This document shows positions 1 to 11,816 of a DNA stretch of 64,000 nt, piece after piece (the stretch's first letter is position 1; every line of letters starts with the position of its first letter). The position numbers and the translations under genes were made by a program. This DNA is from Eledone cirrhosa (lineage: Eukaryota). Below the pieces are notes generated by a model. That model saw nothing but the letters and a program-made list of their open reading frames with translations, did not search any database and had not been told where the DNA came from. Where the stretch lies: the NCBI GenBank assembly GCA_964016885.1, contig OZ024746.1:70432001-70496000 (forward strand). Reading direction: 5' to 3'.

Positions 1-382
1 AAGGGTGGCAGAATAACCGGGGGCAGCAGACAGTCAGACATACAGACAGATATTATAAGGGCACGTTCTGGACGCAGAGCAAATTGTAGGAAGTGACGTA
101 ATACAGACAGCCAGACATACAGACAGATATTATAAGGGCGCTAGGTTATATGTATCTATCTAAAAAGAGAAAAACTAAGAATTATAGAGAGAAATCGCTA
201 AATCGCCTAATGCGATCCCTAGGGCATTGAAAATTTGAAATTTTATTTGCTCAGAACACTCCCTGAAACATAAGTATTACATGTGTAAAGTTTGAAAACA
301 CTCGGTTGGGTGGTTCTCTAGTTTTAGGGATTCAAACTCACACACACACAGACAGACATCCTCAGTTTTATATATATATAGA
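1..382 (-). mobile_element. Non-autonomous Helitron-like element, 5' part (runs off the window start)
   Basis: The minus strand starts TCTATATATATATAAAACTGAGGATGTCTGTCTGT at 382. This is a 5'-TC start followed by a (TCTG)n tract, as in Lep1/HINE-type Helitrons. Internal acagacagatattataagggc repeats. Confidence 0.5.
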
Positions 383-462
383 CTAGCAGAAAACCACCGG
401 TTGGGCGGTTTTCTGCTAGTATATATATATATATTACACACACAGAAATGTATATATATTTC

Positions 463-497
<35 letters not shown>

Positions 498-989
498 TAC
501 ACACACAGAAATGTATATATATTTCTGTGTGTATATATATATTACACACACAGAAATGTATATATATTTCTGTGTGTATATATATATTACACACACAGAA
601 ATGTATATATATTTCTGTGTGTATATATATATATTTCTGTGTGTGTATATATATATATATTACACACACACAGAAATGTATATATGTTTCTGTAGCACTC
701 CTCAATTCCCTCCTCTCTCCCTCCCGCTATCGCCCTCTTGTAGTCTGTCTCTTTCTTTCACGCTCACTCTCTCTCTATGCGTGCGCAAAAAACATTCACA
801 CGCGCGCACGTGTTTTAGCGTCTATTCACTCTCCCTCTCTCCCTCCCGCTATCCCCATCTCGTAATCTATCTCTTTCTTTCACTCTCACTCTCTCTCTAC
901 GCGTGCGCAAAAAACATTCGCACGCGCGCACGTGTTTCCACTGTCGGACAGACAGACAGAGAAATTGCTGGTTATATATTATAAGGAGA
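383..989 (-). mobile_element. Non-autonomous Helitron-like element
   Basis: The minus strand begins A|TCTCCTTATAATATATAACC...(TCTG)n at 989 and ends in CTAG at 386-383. A 14-bp-arm palindrome (382-395 / 407-420) lies at the 3' end. Internal minisatellite and a ~125-bp direct duplication (about 700-940). Confidence 0.55.
421..690. repeat. Minisatellite of ~45-60-bp self-complementary units
   Basis: Repeated tacacacacagaaatgtatatatatttctgtgtgtata; each unit folds as cacacagaaat/atttctgtgtg. Confidence 0.85.
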
Positions 990-998
990 TAATAATAA

Positions 999-1259
999 GG
1001 ACGATTTGTTATGTCTTCATTACGTTTATTGAGTAGTGACGCACGTTTCGCTATTGATCAGCTCAAAGTTCGATCTGTATCAATCTAGCCCGACCCAGGA
1101 ATCAAAAGTGTGTCGGACTTTTGCTGGGGTAAGGACAGAAACTGACGAGCTTTTCATTCCAGAGTCGGGCTAGATTGATACAGATCCAACCGTGAGCTAA
1201 ACAATAGCGAAACGCGCGTCTCTACTCAATAAACATAATGAAGGCATAACAAATCGTCC
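999..1259. repeat. Palindromic element with ~110-bp imperfect inverted arms and a hammerhead-like motif (Penelope-LTR-like)
   Basis: ggacgatttgttatg...ctagcccgac mirrors gtcgggctag...cataacaaatcgtcc. The right arm has CTGACGA (1142-1148), GAAACGCGCGTC (1209-1220) and AATAAA (1228-1233). Confidence 0.75.
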
Positions 1260-1445
1260 CCTACGCCATGCTTTGCATCATAGGCTTACGGCCCTTTACG
1301 ATCTGAGTTCAAATCACGCCGCGGTTAACTTTGCCTTTCATCCTTACGAAGTTGATAAAATAAAGTACCAGGTATGCACTGGGGTAGATTTAATCGACTT
1401 TCCCCTCCTCCCAAATTACTGGCCTTGTGCTTATACTAGATATCA
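1260..1445 (+). mobile_element. tRNA-derived SINE, 5'-truncated
   Basis: B-box-like gagttcaaatc, central ctttgcctttcatcc...gataaaataaagtaccag, tail ggccttgtgc...(att)n. Same family as the copies at 10649, 14860-15240 and 29990. Confidence 0.75.
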
Positions 1446-1463
1446 TTATTATTATTATTATTA

Positions 1464-4400
1464 TTGTTCTTTGAGTTTCAGTCATTGATGTTAGTTAACT
1501 GGAAAGTTTGTTGAAATGAATATCAAGCCACTACCTGCAGCCTCAGATATTCAGGACGTATCGGAGGGTTCTTGCTGTTCCCAGCAAGCATGCCTTTTGA
1601 AGCGTTCCAAAAAGCGTGGCGGGTCCAATTTTCTTTAACCATCCCTGGAAACTTTTTGAGAGATAGTACCTAGTGCGCCTTTGACAATCGGGACCACTTT
1701 GACTTCATGGCAGTTCCAAATCCTTTTTACCTCCCACTTTAAGTCCTGGTATCGGTTAATTTTCTCCCTCTCCTTCTCTTGCACTCTCGTGTCGAATGGG
1801 CAGGCCACATCCACAAGCAGGCACGATCTTTTTTCTTTGTCCAAAACCGCCAGGTCAGGTCTATTGTGTTCCAGTTTCTTGTCCGTCTGTATCCTAAAAT
1901 CCCACAGCACCTTCACCTGATCGTTTTCTATCACCGACTCTGGCTTATGCTCATACCACTTCTCAGAATGTGATAGATTGTTTACTTTGCATAGGTGCCA
2001 GTGGATCACCCTGCCCATCACATCATGTCTCCAGCCCTTATAGTGAGTCTGGGCTAGGTGTTTACACTCGGATACAATGTGAGCCACAGTCTCCTCTCTC
2101 TCTCTCTCCACAGATCCTGCACAGTGGGCTAGCCTCCTCCTTGTAAATATGGTGTTTCAACCACTTCGTTTTGAGGGCCTGCTCTTGCGCAGCCATTAGC
2201 ATTCCTTCTGTAGCCTTTTTAAGATCTCCTCTTTTCAACCAGTTCCATGTCTGTGGATCTCTGAATTCAGTTTTCTCAAAGAAGGTACTATGAAGGGATT
2301 TTTCATGAAGGCTGCTCTTTCTCCTTGTTGTTATTTCCTCCCTGGACATCCCCTGGTCTATTGTCCTCTCCTTCAGTACAGTTCTGAGCATTGGCTCCTT
2401 ACTATCAGTCACGTATTTGTGTAGGTTGTTTTTCTCCATCTGAACACAGTCCTCTATGCTGATAAGACCTCTTCCACCTTCAGATCTCCTTAAGTAGAAT
2501 CTATCGACATCACTCCTCTTGTGGAACATGTTGTAGATAGTCAATAGCTCCCTAGTCTTCCTATCCATTCATTTTTGTTCAGCAACATTCCATCTCAGAA
2601 TTCCCGCACTGTACCTGATAATAGACACAACTCGGGAATTTACTGCACTTATGGCATTCCTACTGTTCAGATGTGACTTTAATACGCTCCTTACTCTCCG
2701 AATTCAGATCTTATCAATTCCTTCATTTTTTTGTTCTTGATGTCATCAGCCTCCAGAACACCCAAATACTTGTATCCTTCTTCAGTGTCAATTTCCTTTA
2801 TCATCTCACCTGTTGGTACCTGGATTCCGTTGCTTCTGCTCAATTTACCCCTCTTCATCACAAGGACACCACACTTACTAATACCAAATTGCATACATAT
2901 ATCATTGCTGAAAATACGGACAGTGTCAACAAGCACATCCAACTGCTTCTCACTCTTCCCGGAGAGCTTAAGATCGTCCATGAAGAGGAGGTGATTGATG
3001 GCAAGCTCTCCCTTTCCCAACTTGTATCCTGCTCTCACTTTTCGTAGTATAATGGTCAGGGGCATCAGGGCAAGGACAAACAACAGGGGGGACAGACTAT
3101 CTCCCTGGAAGATACCTCTCTTGATCTTCATGCCTCCCAAGGATTCTCCAGCTGATGTTAACTCTGTTTTCCAGGACTTCATACTTTTGCCCAACAACTG
3201 TCTGATGTTATCTGCCACCTTGTCAAATGCCTTTTTGTAGTCTATCCATCCCATGGCAAGACCAGTGTGTCTCCTCTTGCAATTCCTCATTACCATCTTA
3301 TCAATAAGTAACTGGTCCTTTGTACCGCGGGACTTCTTTCGGCATCCTTTCTGTTCGTCCGGTAACAAGTTGTTTGTGTGGAGGTGATGGTAGATTTCCT
3401 CAGACATAATGCTTGTCAACAGTTTCCACATTACGGACAGACATGTGATAGGTCTATAGTTGGTGACATCATTACCCTTGATTCGGTCTTTCATTACCAG
3501 AACTGTGGTACCTTTTGTCAACAACTCTGGTACTTCACCTGGCATCAAGCAGTCATTGAACATGGTTGTCAGTTTCGGATGGAGGGATGTTATATTGTTA
3601 ATCCAATACCCCTGCACACCATCTGGGCCTGGTGATTTCCAGTTGGTTAGTTTTTTGGCCTGCCCCTTAAAAATTTCAACTGTGATACTCAAATCAGTTT
3701 GTTGGTGTGCCTGTTCACTAATCTCCTTTTGTACTGTCTCAATCCACACTGCCTGGTCATTATGTTTAATATCCTGCTCCCATATTCCTCTCCAGAATGT
3801 CTTAGTTTGTTCCGCCTCAGGGATCAAGTCGTTGCCTCTTTCTTTCCCTTCAAGCTGTCCAAACAGCATCTTCTGGTTGTTGTCAAACATGCGGTTCTGT
3901 CTATACTGACTGACTCTGCTCTCGTATCGCCTAATTTTTGCACTCTTTGCTACAATGCGTTGCTTCAGTTCCTCTATGATAATATTTAGCTTTTTCCTCC
4001 TAGTTTTGTACTTTATTTCCAGTCTATTTTTAGTGTCTATGTTTGTTAGTGTCCCATTCAGTAGGGACTCAAGCTTTCCAATGTCATTTCTCATTTCCCT
4101 GATTTGACCATTCAGTCGTTTCTTCCACCAAGGCTCTGATCTTTCTTGTTTGTTGTTTCCTCTCGCTTTTATACCAAGTAATTTCCTCACCACATTTGCT
4201 GTTGCTTTGAGGATATTGTTGCACTGGTGAAGGCTCCTCGCTTCAAGGTATGGGATGACTTTGTTTACCTTAGCTGTTGTTTCTTTTAACTTTTTCCTGT
4301 CTACAAATCTTAGGTTCATAGGTTTCCCACTATCATTGTTCAATTCATCTACCACTAAATTTAGGATATCAACCAAATCTTGTCCTAGCCCGTCAGCATT

Positions 4401-4960
4401 CATCTCCTCAATGGCCGTATCTCTGTTCCAGGTATTATTTATTTCAGCATTCAGATCATTGTCTGCTTCGGATGGTTCCTCCGTTCTCTCAACCTCTTCA
4501 CCTTCATTTCCCACTGGCTCGTTTGCCTGGCATACTCCACTCTCTATTTCCAACCTAATCTCTCTGCTCAGTTCCTCCAGTTCCAGCTCGCTTATCCACC
4601 CATTAGTTCATATTACCCGAGCCTGCCCGGCCAATTTTTGTTCATCTAATTTAAATAGACCAATCTCGTTCCAGATGTTATGCATCCGTTTCCTATAGCC
4701 TTTCTCCTTGGGGTTACTCTTCAGGTAACATTGCATAACAGTTCTATTCAATTCTTTCGTCCAGTTGGTTCTGGTCCCTTTCCTTCTTCTTCTTCCTCCG
4801 ACACCAGCAGTATTTGGTTGACAGGAGCACCTGCTGGGTGAGAGTCTGTCACATGACATTCTAGTCTCCACTTCACCGTTATTCGAACTGTTTAGGTTCG
4901 ACATTTAAACACTCTTATCGAGGATTGGTGAATGTATGGTTACATAACCACCGGTGATTT
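1464..4960 (-). mobile_element. R4/Dong-clade non-LTR retrotransposon (RT plus C-terminal restriction-like endonuclease), decayed
   Basis: ORF pieces 4608-4904, 2691-4553 (WKSPGPDG, YRPITCL, RGIFQGDSLSPLLF, HLLFMDD), 2062-2568 and 1635-2111 (CRICG..ETVAHIVSEC knuckle; RPDLAVLD..LVDVACPFD). The 3' end abuts a (TAA)n tract at 1444-1463, as known for Dong elements. Stops, frameshifts and a short deletion after KKAFD. Confidence 0.85.
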
Positions 4961-5832
4961 CATCACCTCCGGTGATTCCATCACTCCCGGTGATTTTTGT
5001 GTGGCACTATCACGCTGTAGACGAACATAAATAAACAAACAAACAAATAGGTAAAAAAAAAAAAAAAAAAAGAATAAGCATAAGTTTCATTGTAATGTAA
5101 TGTTTGAATGTCTGACTTAGTTTTTCCCTTCCCTTCTCTGTCTGTCTGTTTGTTTTTCTTTTAATTTTACTTTTCTTTACGTTTTTCGTTGTTGCTGTGC
5201 TGCTTTGATTTTGATTTTTGTTTTTTTTATTTTTTGACCGGGTCATCAAATCAGTCTATTTATATATTTTGATACCTTCCTCTTTTAGTGGGGACACTAC
5301 GATGCATGTCTTAGCAGGAGGTAGTGGGAGAGAATAGCGGCGGTAGTGATAATGAGGCAGTGGTGGTGGTGGTGGTGGTGGTGGTGGTGGCGTGCTAGTA
5401 GTACTTAACAGGAGGTAGTGGGAGAGAATAGCGGCGGTAGCGATAATGAGGCAGTGGTGGTGGTGGTGTGATCGTAGTACTGTAGTGATGGTGTTGAAGT
5501 TGAAGTAGAAATAGAAGTTGAGGTAACTTGACTAGAGTTTTTAGCGTGGTAGTGGTGTTGGTGGTGAAATTATCTTTCTGTCTGTCCACTTAGTCATTTA
5601 GCTATTTAGCTATTTAGCCATTTTGCCATTTTCCTCCTTTTCGACTATAACATTTCTGATCCAAAATTAAATATTAAATATTGGGGCCCTATGCGTTATG
5701 GCTTGCTGAACGTGAAAACTGTAATCTTATTGTTTATTTGTAATAAGAATTATTCTATCACAGTTGTTTTAAAGAAGTAAAAATCAAAAACTTACGGGAG
5801 CGATTCCATAACGATATATATCCACCATGTGC

Positions 5833-5839
5833 GTTATTA

Positions 5840-5886
<47 letters not shown>
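5833..5886. repeat. (TTA)n microsatellite
   Basis: Direct read. Confidence 0.95.
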
Positions 5887-6099
5887 GGCGACCTACGTAG
5901 GAAATCGTATTATCGTGAGCTCCACAAAGGTTTGTTGTTTTCAGTTGTTACAAATTGCCAGTTATGGAAAACTTTTGTTGTTAAGTGTTTATAAGTTCAT
6001 ATACATTGCTTTCTGAAAAGGACACTCAATAATATTGGGGCCTTGAGCCCAAAATTTAAACTTTTATATTTATCAAACAAAAATTTCTTTGAAAAAAAA

Positions 6100-9000
6100 A
6101 ACATGGTCGGCTTTCAGCTACCCAAAGCTGACAGACTAACATCTCCAACCACCACCACCATTGTAAACCTTGCTACGGATGCCAACACTGAAAATAAGTA
6201 ATAGCAATGGCAATTATTTAAATTTGTCACATGCAGACCTTGGATTTCCCGCCATTACCAATAACTGCAGGTGTTAAAGCCGCCACCCCCACCACCACAA
6301 TGTCAAAAAGAACAATCAGCACCACTGATACTACCACCACCACCACCACAGCGACAACAGAAACAAAAAATGAATTATTATCTCGTGACATCGAAATGGA
6401 TTCACCCAGAATCGACTCTTCCACGCCGAACACCACTAACACAACCACCACCACCACCACAACTGAAACTAAAAATAATAATAACAACAACAGCAACAAC
6501 AACAATAACAATGAGAATAACAACAACAACAACATCAGCACCAGCACAAAACAAAATGTGTCGTTTGCTAAAGCGGCCCAGAACAACGAGACAGTCAAGG
6601 TAAGCCAGGATGAATTGAATGAAGCAAAGCGAATGGTAAAAAAAAGATGGGTACAGTGTCAGCCTCACCCCCCATCTAATAAAATGGAGCATCGGCGCCT
6701 ATGCATCGTGTTATATCGGGCGATAAACACAAAATCACGTTGAGTGGAACGGGAATCCGAGTCCCAAATACAAAAAGCTTTGGGACATGTGTGGGCTCAA
6801 AAAACTCACATCAGGCGTGGGCAAAAATATGGAACCGTGGACGTGTTCTTTGGAACCCCACAGGAAGCCAGAGAGCACTCCATGGCCCCATTAAAAAGTA
6901 ACGAGTTCACACTCGTCCCAAGCTATTGTGGTCAGAGACTGGTAAGGATCAGGGTCACCCAGGTTCCGCCGGCCATTGAAATTCCCTGACTAATGGCTGC
7001 CGTCCTCGCCGACATCGAGGCCGACACTAAAGTAATTGAGGTGATAAAAGTAAAGCAGCAGAACTGGTCCGGATCTGGCATGGAGCTCCTGATCCAAGCG
7101 GACCAAAAACACATACAGGAAATTCCAGAGGTGATAGACCTCAATGACGGCAGTCACCTCACCGTAATCGTTGAGGGTAGAAAACCTAGGTGTGTCGTTT
7201 ATGGTGAAGGAACCCACCTAAGGGCTTTCTGCCCTCAGGATAAAATGTTGAGGCCACCTCTCCTACCCACCTCAGTGACTCAACCATCAAAACCAGCAGC
7301 AGAAATGGCAGCAACAACTGTAGCAGCAACAACAGAAGCAACTGTAGCAGCAACAGTAGCAAAACCAACACCACCACCCACCCACGGCGCCAGAATTAGC
7401 ACCAGCGCCTCCACCATACACCACGCCACAACCAAAACCAACGCCTGTGGAGGATTTTCCACTCCCCGACTTCCTGCAACTGGAGACAGATTGTGACGAC
7501 GATGAGGAGTCGGAAACTGTATCTGGAAAAAAAGAAAAAAAAAGAAACCAAAAAAGAAAAAAATCCTCTTCCTTCGCCCTCCAAAAACAAAATGCAGAGC
7601 GAAACAAACAAACTAAAAAAAAAGTTAAGACAGCTATGCCACCACCCACACCAGCATCACCATCCCCATCACTACAAACACCAACACCAACGCCATTATT
7701 ATCCCCAACACCATTATCATCCCCAACACCACCATCACCAACACCACAAAAATTACCAACAAGCGAAACAGAAACAAACTCACAACAAACGCAAACAAAA
7801 CAAAGCAACCAAAACGATACACACTACACAGCATTAAATTTGAACAACAACCAATTATTACACTACATCCAACACAACACCAGCATCACAGAAAAAGACT
7901 ATACAACACACCAAAAATTCACACCACCCCCACACATACAAATCACTCGCATCACACAGAAAATGTACACGACACTAAAATTAAAATTCCCCAAGGACAT
8001 CGGAGATTTCCGACAAACACTCTCCAGGAGGATTTATAAAGACATCCTTCCGGAGGAGGCCACAATCAGTGAGAAGGACGGTAAAACCATCCTTCCTCCA
8101 CAAGAAGTGAGGTAAGTGGTCTTTCCCATCTTTTTCCACTCCTTTTCAACATGACCTTACTCAGAAGAGGCAGCATAAATGCGCGTGGCCTGGGGTCGTC
8201 ATGGAAGCAGGGCCACCTGCTCAACGACCTCAGGTCACTAAACATAGATCTGGTGGCCATCAGCGAGATCAGTATCTCCGAAGCACGAGCCTTCGCACCG
8301 ATTTTCGGCGGCTACAATGTGTACGCATCTCCCAACTGTCCAGGATCGGGGAGGAGTTACTGCGCTTTTTCGGAGAGGCTTGGATCTCGTCATACGGGCC
8401 ATCTTCCTGGACCCAGAAGGTAAGTCGGTGGTGCTGGACGTGACCGGCAGCGAAGGCAATGCTTTCAGGCTTGTAGCCGTCTATGCCCCAACAAGGGCAG
8501 GACAGCCAGATTTCTTCAAACGTCTAGAGACCTTTCTTGGAACGTCCCGCTCTTTAGTGTTAGTGGGCGACTGGAACGGTATCTTAGATGCACGCTGGGA
8601 TTATGTGGGGCTAGTAGACAGGGCAGGAAGGTGTAAAAGCCTCAACAACCTGCTCAGACGTTTTGAACTGTCTGACAAGTATAGACTGGATTAGCCGAAT
8701 GTGGACATGGGCAAACCGCATCGGGTCATCCAGATCGTATTTAGATAGGGTATTCTGTAGGGAAACAGATAATGCTAGTGTAGGTTGTCCACAATTTAAA
8801 GTAGTCGACTACACGGACCACAAATCTGTGATCTGTGAAGTTGATAAATTTAGATAGACTCCATAGGCAAGAGCCCTGCTACTGGAAGCTGAACGCGTCG
8901 TTCCCGGCGCGCAAAGCTTACAGAGACCGGATTACCGGATTAGTTAAGCGTGCGTTGACGGGTGCGATCGTCAACAACAGGTGGTGGTTTACTCTGAAAA

Positions 9001-10480
9001 GGGCTATTAGAGTAGCAAAGGAGTAGTGATAGAGGAAAATAGAGTAGAGGGAGAGTTAGTTAGAAAGCTAGAAGAGGCGTTTAGGACAGGCATCGCAACC
9101 GACGTGCTTGCGGCGAGATTGGCACGCGACCAATTCTTCAACGCAAAGCATAAAGGCTGCGTTGGCAGAGCTAGAGCGCGTGCTCTAAGACACGAGGGGA
9201 CGAAAGCCGTTCAATGGGCCCGGGTGGTGGAGGCGCGACGTGTCAACAAGTCCACAATTCGGTCTTTGCCTGATCAAAACGTTGTTCGAACCCGAGCAGA
9301 TGTGTGCAGCTTTTCAACAGCACTTTGTTCAATTGTTCGGGAGCGGCGGCGGGCCGGATCGAAGTATGGACTTCAGTGCATACCTCGACGGACTGCCGCG
9401 GACCTCGACGACCGCAGCGCAGTGCTGCGAAAAGCCAATAACAGCAGGTGAAATACGGGAAACGATGTCTGACTGCATGAGGGGTAAATCGCCAGGTTTG
9501 GATGGTCTGCCCTACGAGCTTTATGCATATAAGCCAGACTTGTTCGGAGGCCTCTTGGCAGATGTCTACTGCAACTGGCAGCAGAACGGAAGCATTCCTA
9601 GTTTTGTGAGCCGGGGAGCGGTGGCGCTGCTGAGAAAAGACCCGAAGGAGGGGGACGTTACAGACAATTTCAGGCCCATAACTCTGCTAAACGCAGAGTT
9701 TTAGATTTTGGCCAAGGTGTTAGCAAAGAGATTGGCGCTTGTCGTCGGTGATCTGGTGGGAGAGGCGCAGACATGCGCCATTCCGAACAGATCCATCCAC
9801 GACAACCTCCATCTCATGCGATACATCATAGAGAGGGTGGTTAAGGAACCTGGCACGGGTGGGGCCCTGATCAACTTGGATCGATCTAAAGAATTTGATA
9901 GGGTCGACCATCGGTACCTAGCTGCGGTCCTCGAGGCGGCCGGCTTCGGGCCCGTTTTTAGGGGCTGGATCGCTGCGATGCACAGCGACATCTGTTCAAT
10001 TGTGAGGGTGAATGGTAACCTGTCGCAGCCTTTCAGCATATTGCGCTCGGTCCGCCAGGGTTGCCTCCTCTCGTCCCTCTTGTACGTACTGGCCCTCGAG
10101 CCGTTACTTCACGAATTGGAGACGATGAGGAGGATCCCACGCGAACTGGGATGCGGGAGACCCGTGTCAGCTTACGCCGACGACGTCACCGTGGTGGTGT
10201 CGAGCACCAATCACGTCCAGATGCTCGGCACCGCTCTCAAGGAATACGAAGCGGTGACAGGAGCAAAGATAAACCAGGAAAAGTCGGTGGGCTTGCAACT
10301 CGGTACCTGGAGAGGCAAGGCAATGCCATCCGACAGCGTCATGAGGCGCTGGACGGAAGGACCGGTTAAATTGCTCGGGGTCTGGTTCGGTCCGGACCTC
10401 CAGATGGAGAAAAACTGGAGCGAAGTGACGAACAGGGTGGCCTCTCTCACCCAGAAATGGGCCGAGGGGAGGCTGTCTCT
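6100..10480 (+). mobile_element. Tx1/L1-clade LINE, decayed and 3'-truncated (ORF1 ~6231-7500; ORF2 APE plus RT ~8151-10480)
   Basis: ORF1 pieces with a degenerate knuckle PRCVVYGEGTHLRAFCP. APE motifs GSINARGL, LVGDWNG, SYLDRVF, TDHKSV. RT motifs GKSPGLDGLPYE, FRPITLLN, SVRQGC, AYADDV. Many frameshifts. Confidence 0.85.
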
Positions 10481-10484
10481 CTGT

Positions 10485-11009
10485 GTAGACAAACGTCGGA
10501 CAACAGAGGCCACGTACCGTTCCTCTCCGACTAAAAACGTTTCCCCTCGGAAAAAAAACCCATTTGATGGATGCGAAATCCGAAATATAGGGACAATTAA
10601 ATCTCTTTCGGGGTAACTCTATCTCGTGTTATTATTTTTACGCACTTTAGGGCGGTGGATTGGTAGTACCGGTAGAGGGTCGGACACCATGCTTTTCAGC
10701 ATAGAGTTACGGTCCTTTACAGTCTGAGTTCAAATGCCACCGAGGTTAACTTTGCCTTTCATCCTTACTGGGTCGAGAAAATAAAGTACCAGTAATGTAC
10801 TGGGGTCGATTTGATCGACTTTCCCCCAAAAAAAAAAAATTGCTGGCCTTGTGCCTATACTAGAAATCATTATTTTTACGCTCTTTCCTACGTTCCTCTA
10901 CACACTATACGTCTCATTCTACATTTCCTCTTACATCTCTCTCTTCACCACCGGATTCTGTTACCCGGATATTTACCCATCTGCATTGTTGAGGCTTCCA
11001 AAACGACCA

Positions 11010-11010
<1 letters not shown>
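10485..11010 (+). repeat. Penelope pseudo-LTR-like repeat (family 2), interrupted by a SINE
   Basis: Homologous to 32900-33260 and 57900-58320 (gatggatg..aatccgaaatatagggacaattaaatc; ctctatctcgtgttatt; gcattgttgaggcttccaaaacgacc). Confidence 0.65.
10649..10868 (+). mobile_element. tRNA-derived SINE with ~18-bp target-site duplication
   Basis: Full head gggcggtggattggtag..., B box gagttcaaatg. Flanked by attatttttacgc(a/t)cttt at 10631-10648 and 10869-10886. Confidence 0.85.
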
Positions 11011-11056
<46 letters not shown>

Positions 11057-11063
<7 letters not shown>

Positions 11064-11816
11064 GGCTAGAACATTCTTTAGAGTACTGGATAAATGTTTC
11101 CCTAGGGCCCACAAGTACCATAAAATATTCAACAGGCACACGGTGAAACTTTCCTACTCAACCACACGTTCCGTAGTCCAGCACATAGCCGGCATAAATA
11201 GGAATAGGCTCACTGCCTCTAATACCACCGTAAACCCCGGAGCCACCAAATGGAACCAGCACGCGGGACGCACCAGACTCCGGACAGGCCCAACTAGCAC
11301 ACCGGAACCCAACGACCGTGCTGATGGCGGCGGCTACCCAGCCAACCCCGAGTGATGGTAACCACGCGGTACATGTGCAGGGGCTTAAGAAGTCATACAA
11401 TTGCAGAGAGCCATCACTATGCCCCCTTAGTAATGAATGCATGACGAAAAACGTAGTCTACAGGTGCAAGGTCACAACCCCTAACTCGGAGCACCACTAC
11501 ATAGGATCCACGGCGACGAGCTTCAAAGATAGGTGGTATAACCATCGCAATTCCTTTAACAATAGAAAAGAGGAAATGTTCGGCCCTTTCTGAATTGATC
11601 TGGAAGCTCAAACTTGAAAAGACCCTACACTCTCTGGTCTGGTCCGTGGTTAGAAAGGTTCCCCCAGACAGAGGTGGGTCTGTTATTTGCAACCTCTGTC
11701 TTAGTGAGACACTCGAGATACTTCATGGCGGAACCAAGCTATTAAACAGAATGGCCTACTTGTTCGGCGCCTGCAGACACCTAAGGACGGGAACTTTCCT
11801 CAAGCTATATGAATAA
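11057..11816 (+). mobile_element. Penelope-like element fragment (RT C-terminus and GIY-YIG endonuclease), frameshifted
   Basis: HKIFNRHTVKLSYS; YNCR...CPLSNECMTKNVVYRCKV...YIGST..FKDRWYNH; IWKLK...CNLCLSE...LLNR...CRH. Confidence 0.85.

Noticed and set aside
277-984. Several YIYI/CVCV ORFs (also near 20025, 32036 and 63519)
   Set aside because: Translations of TA/CA microsatellites.
6227-8115. Low-complexity Thr/Asn/Pro-rich ORFs as host genes
   Set aside because: They lie in the ORF1 region of the Tx1/L1-like element or are its antisense shadows.
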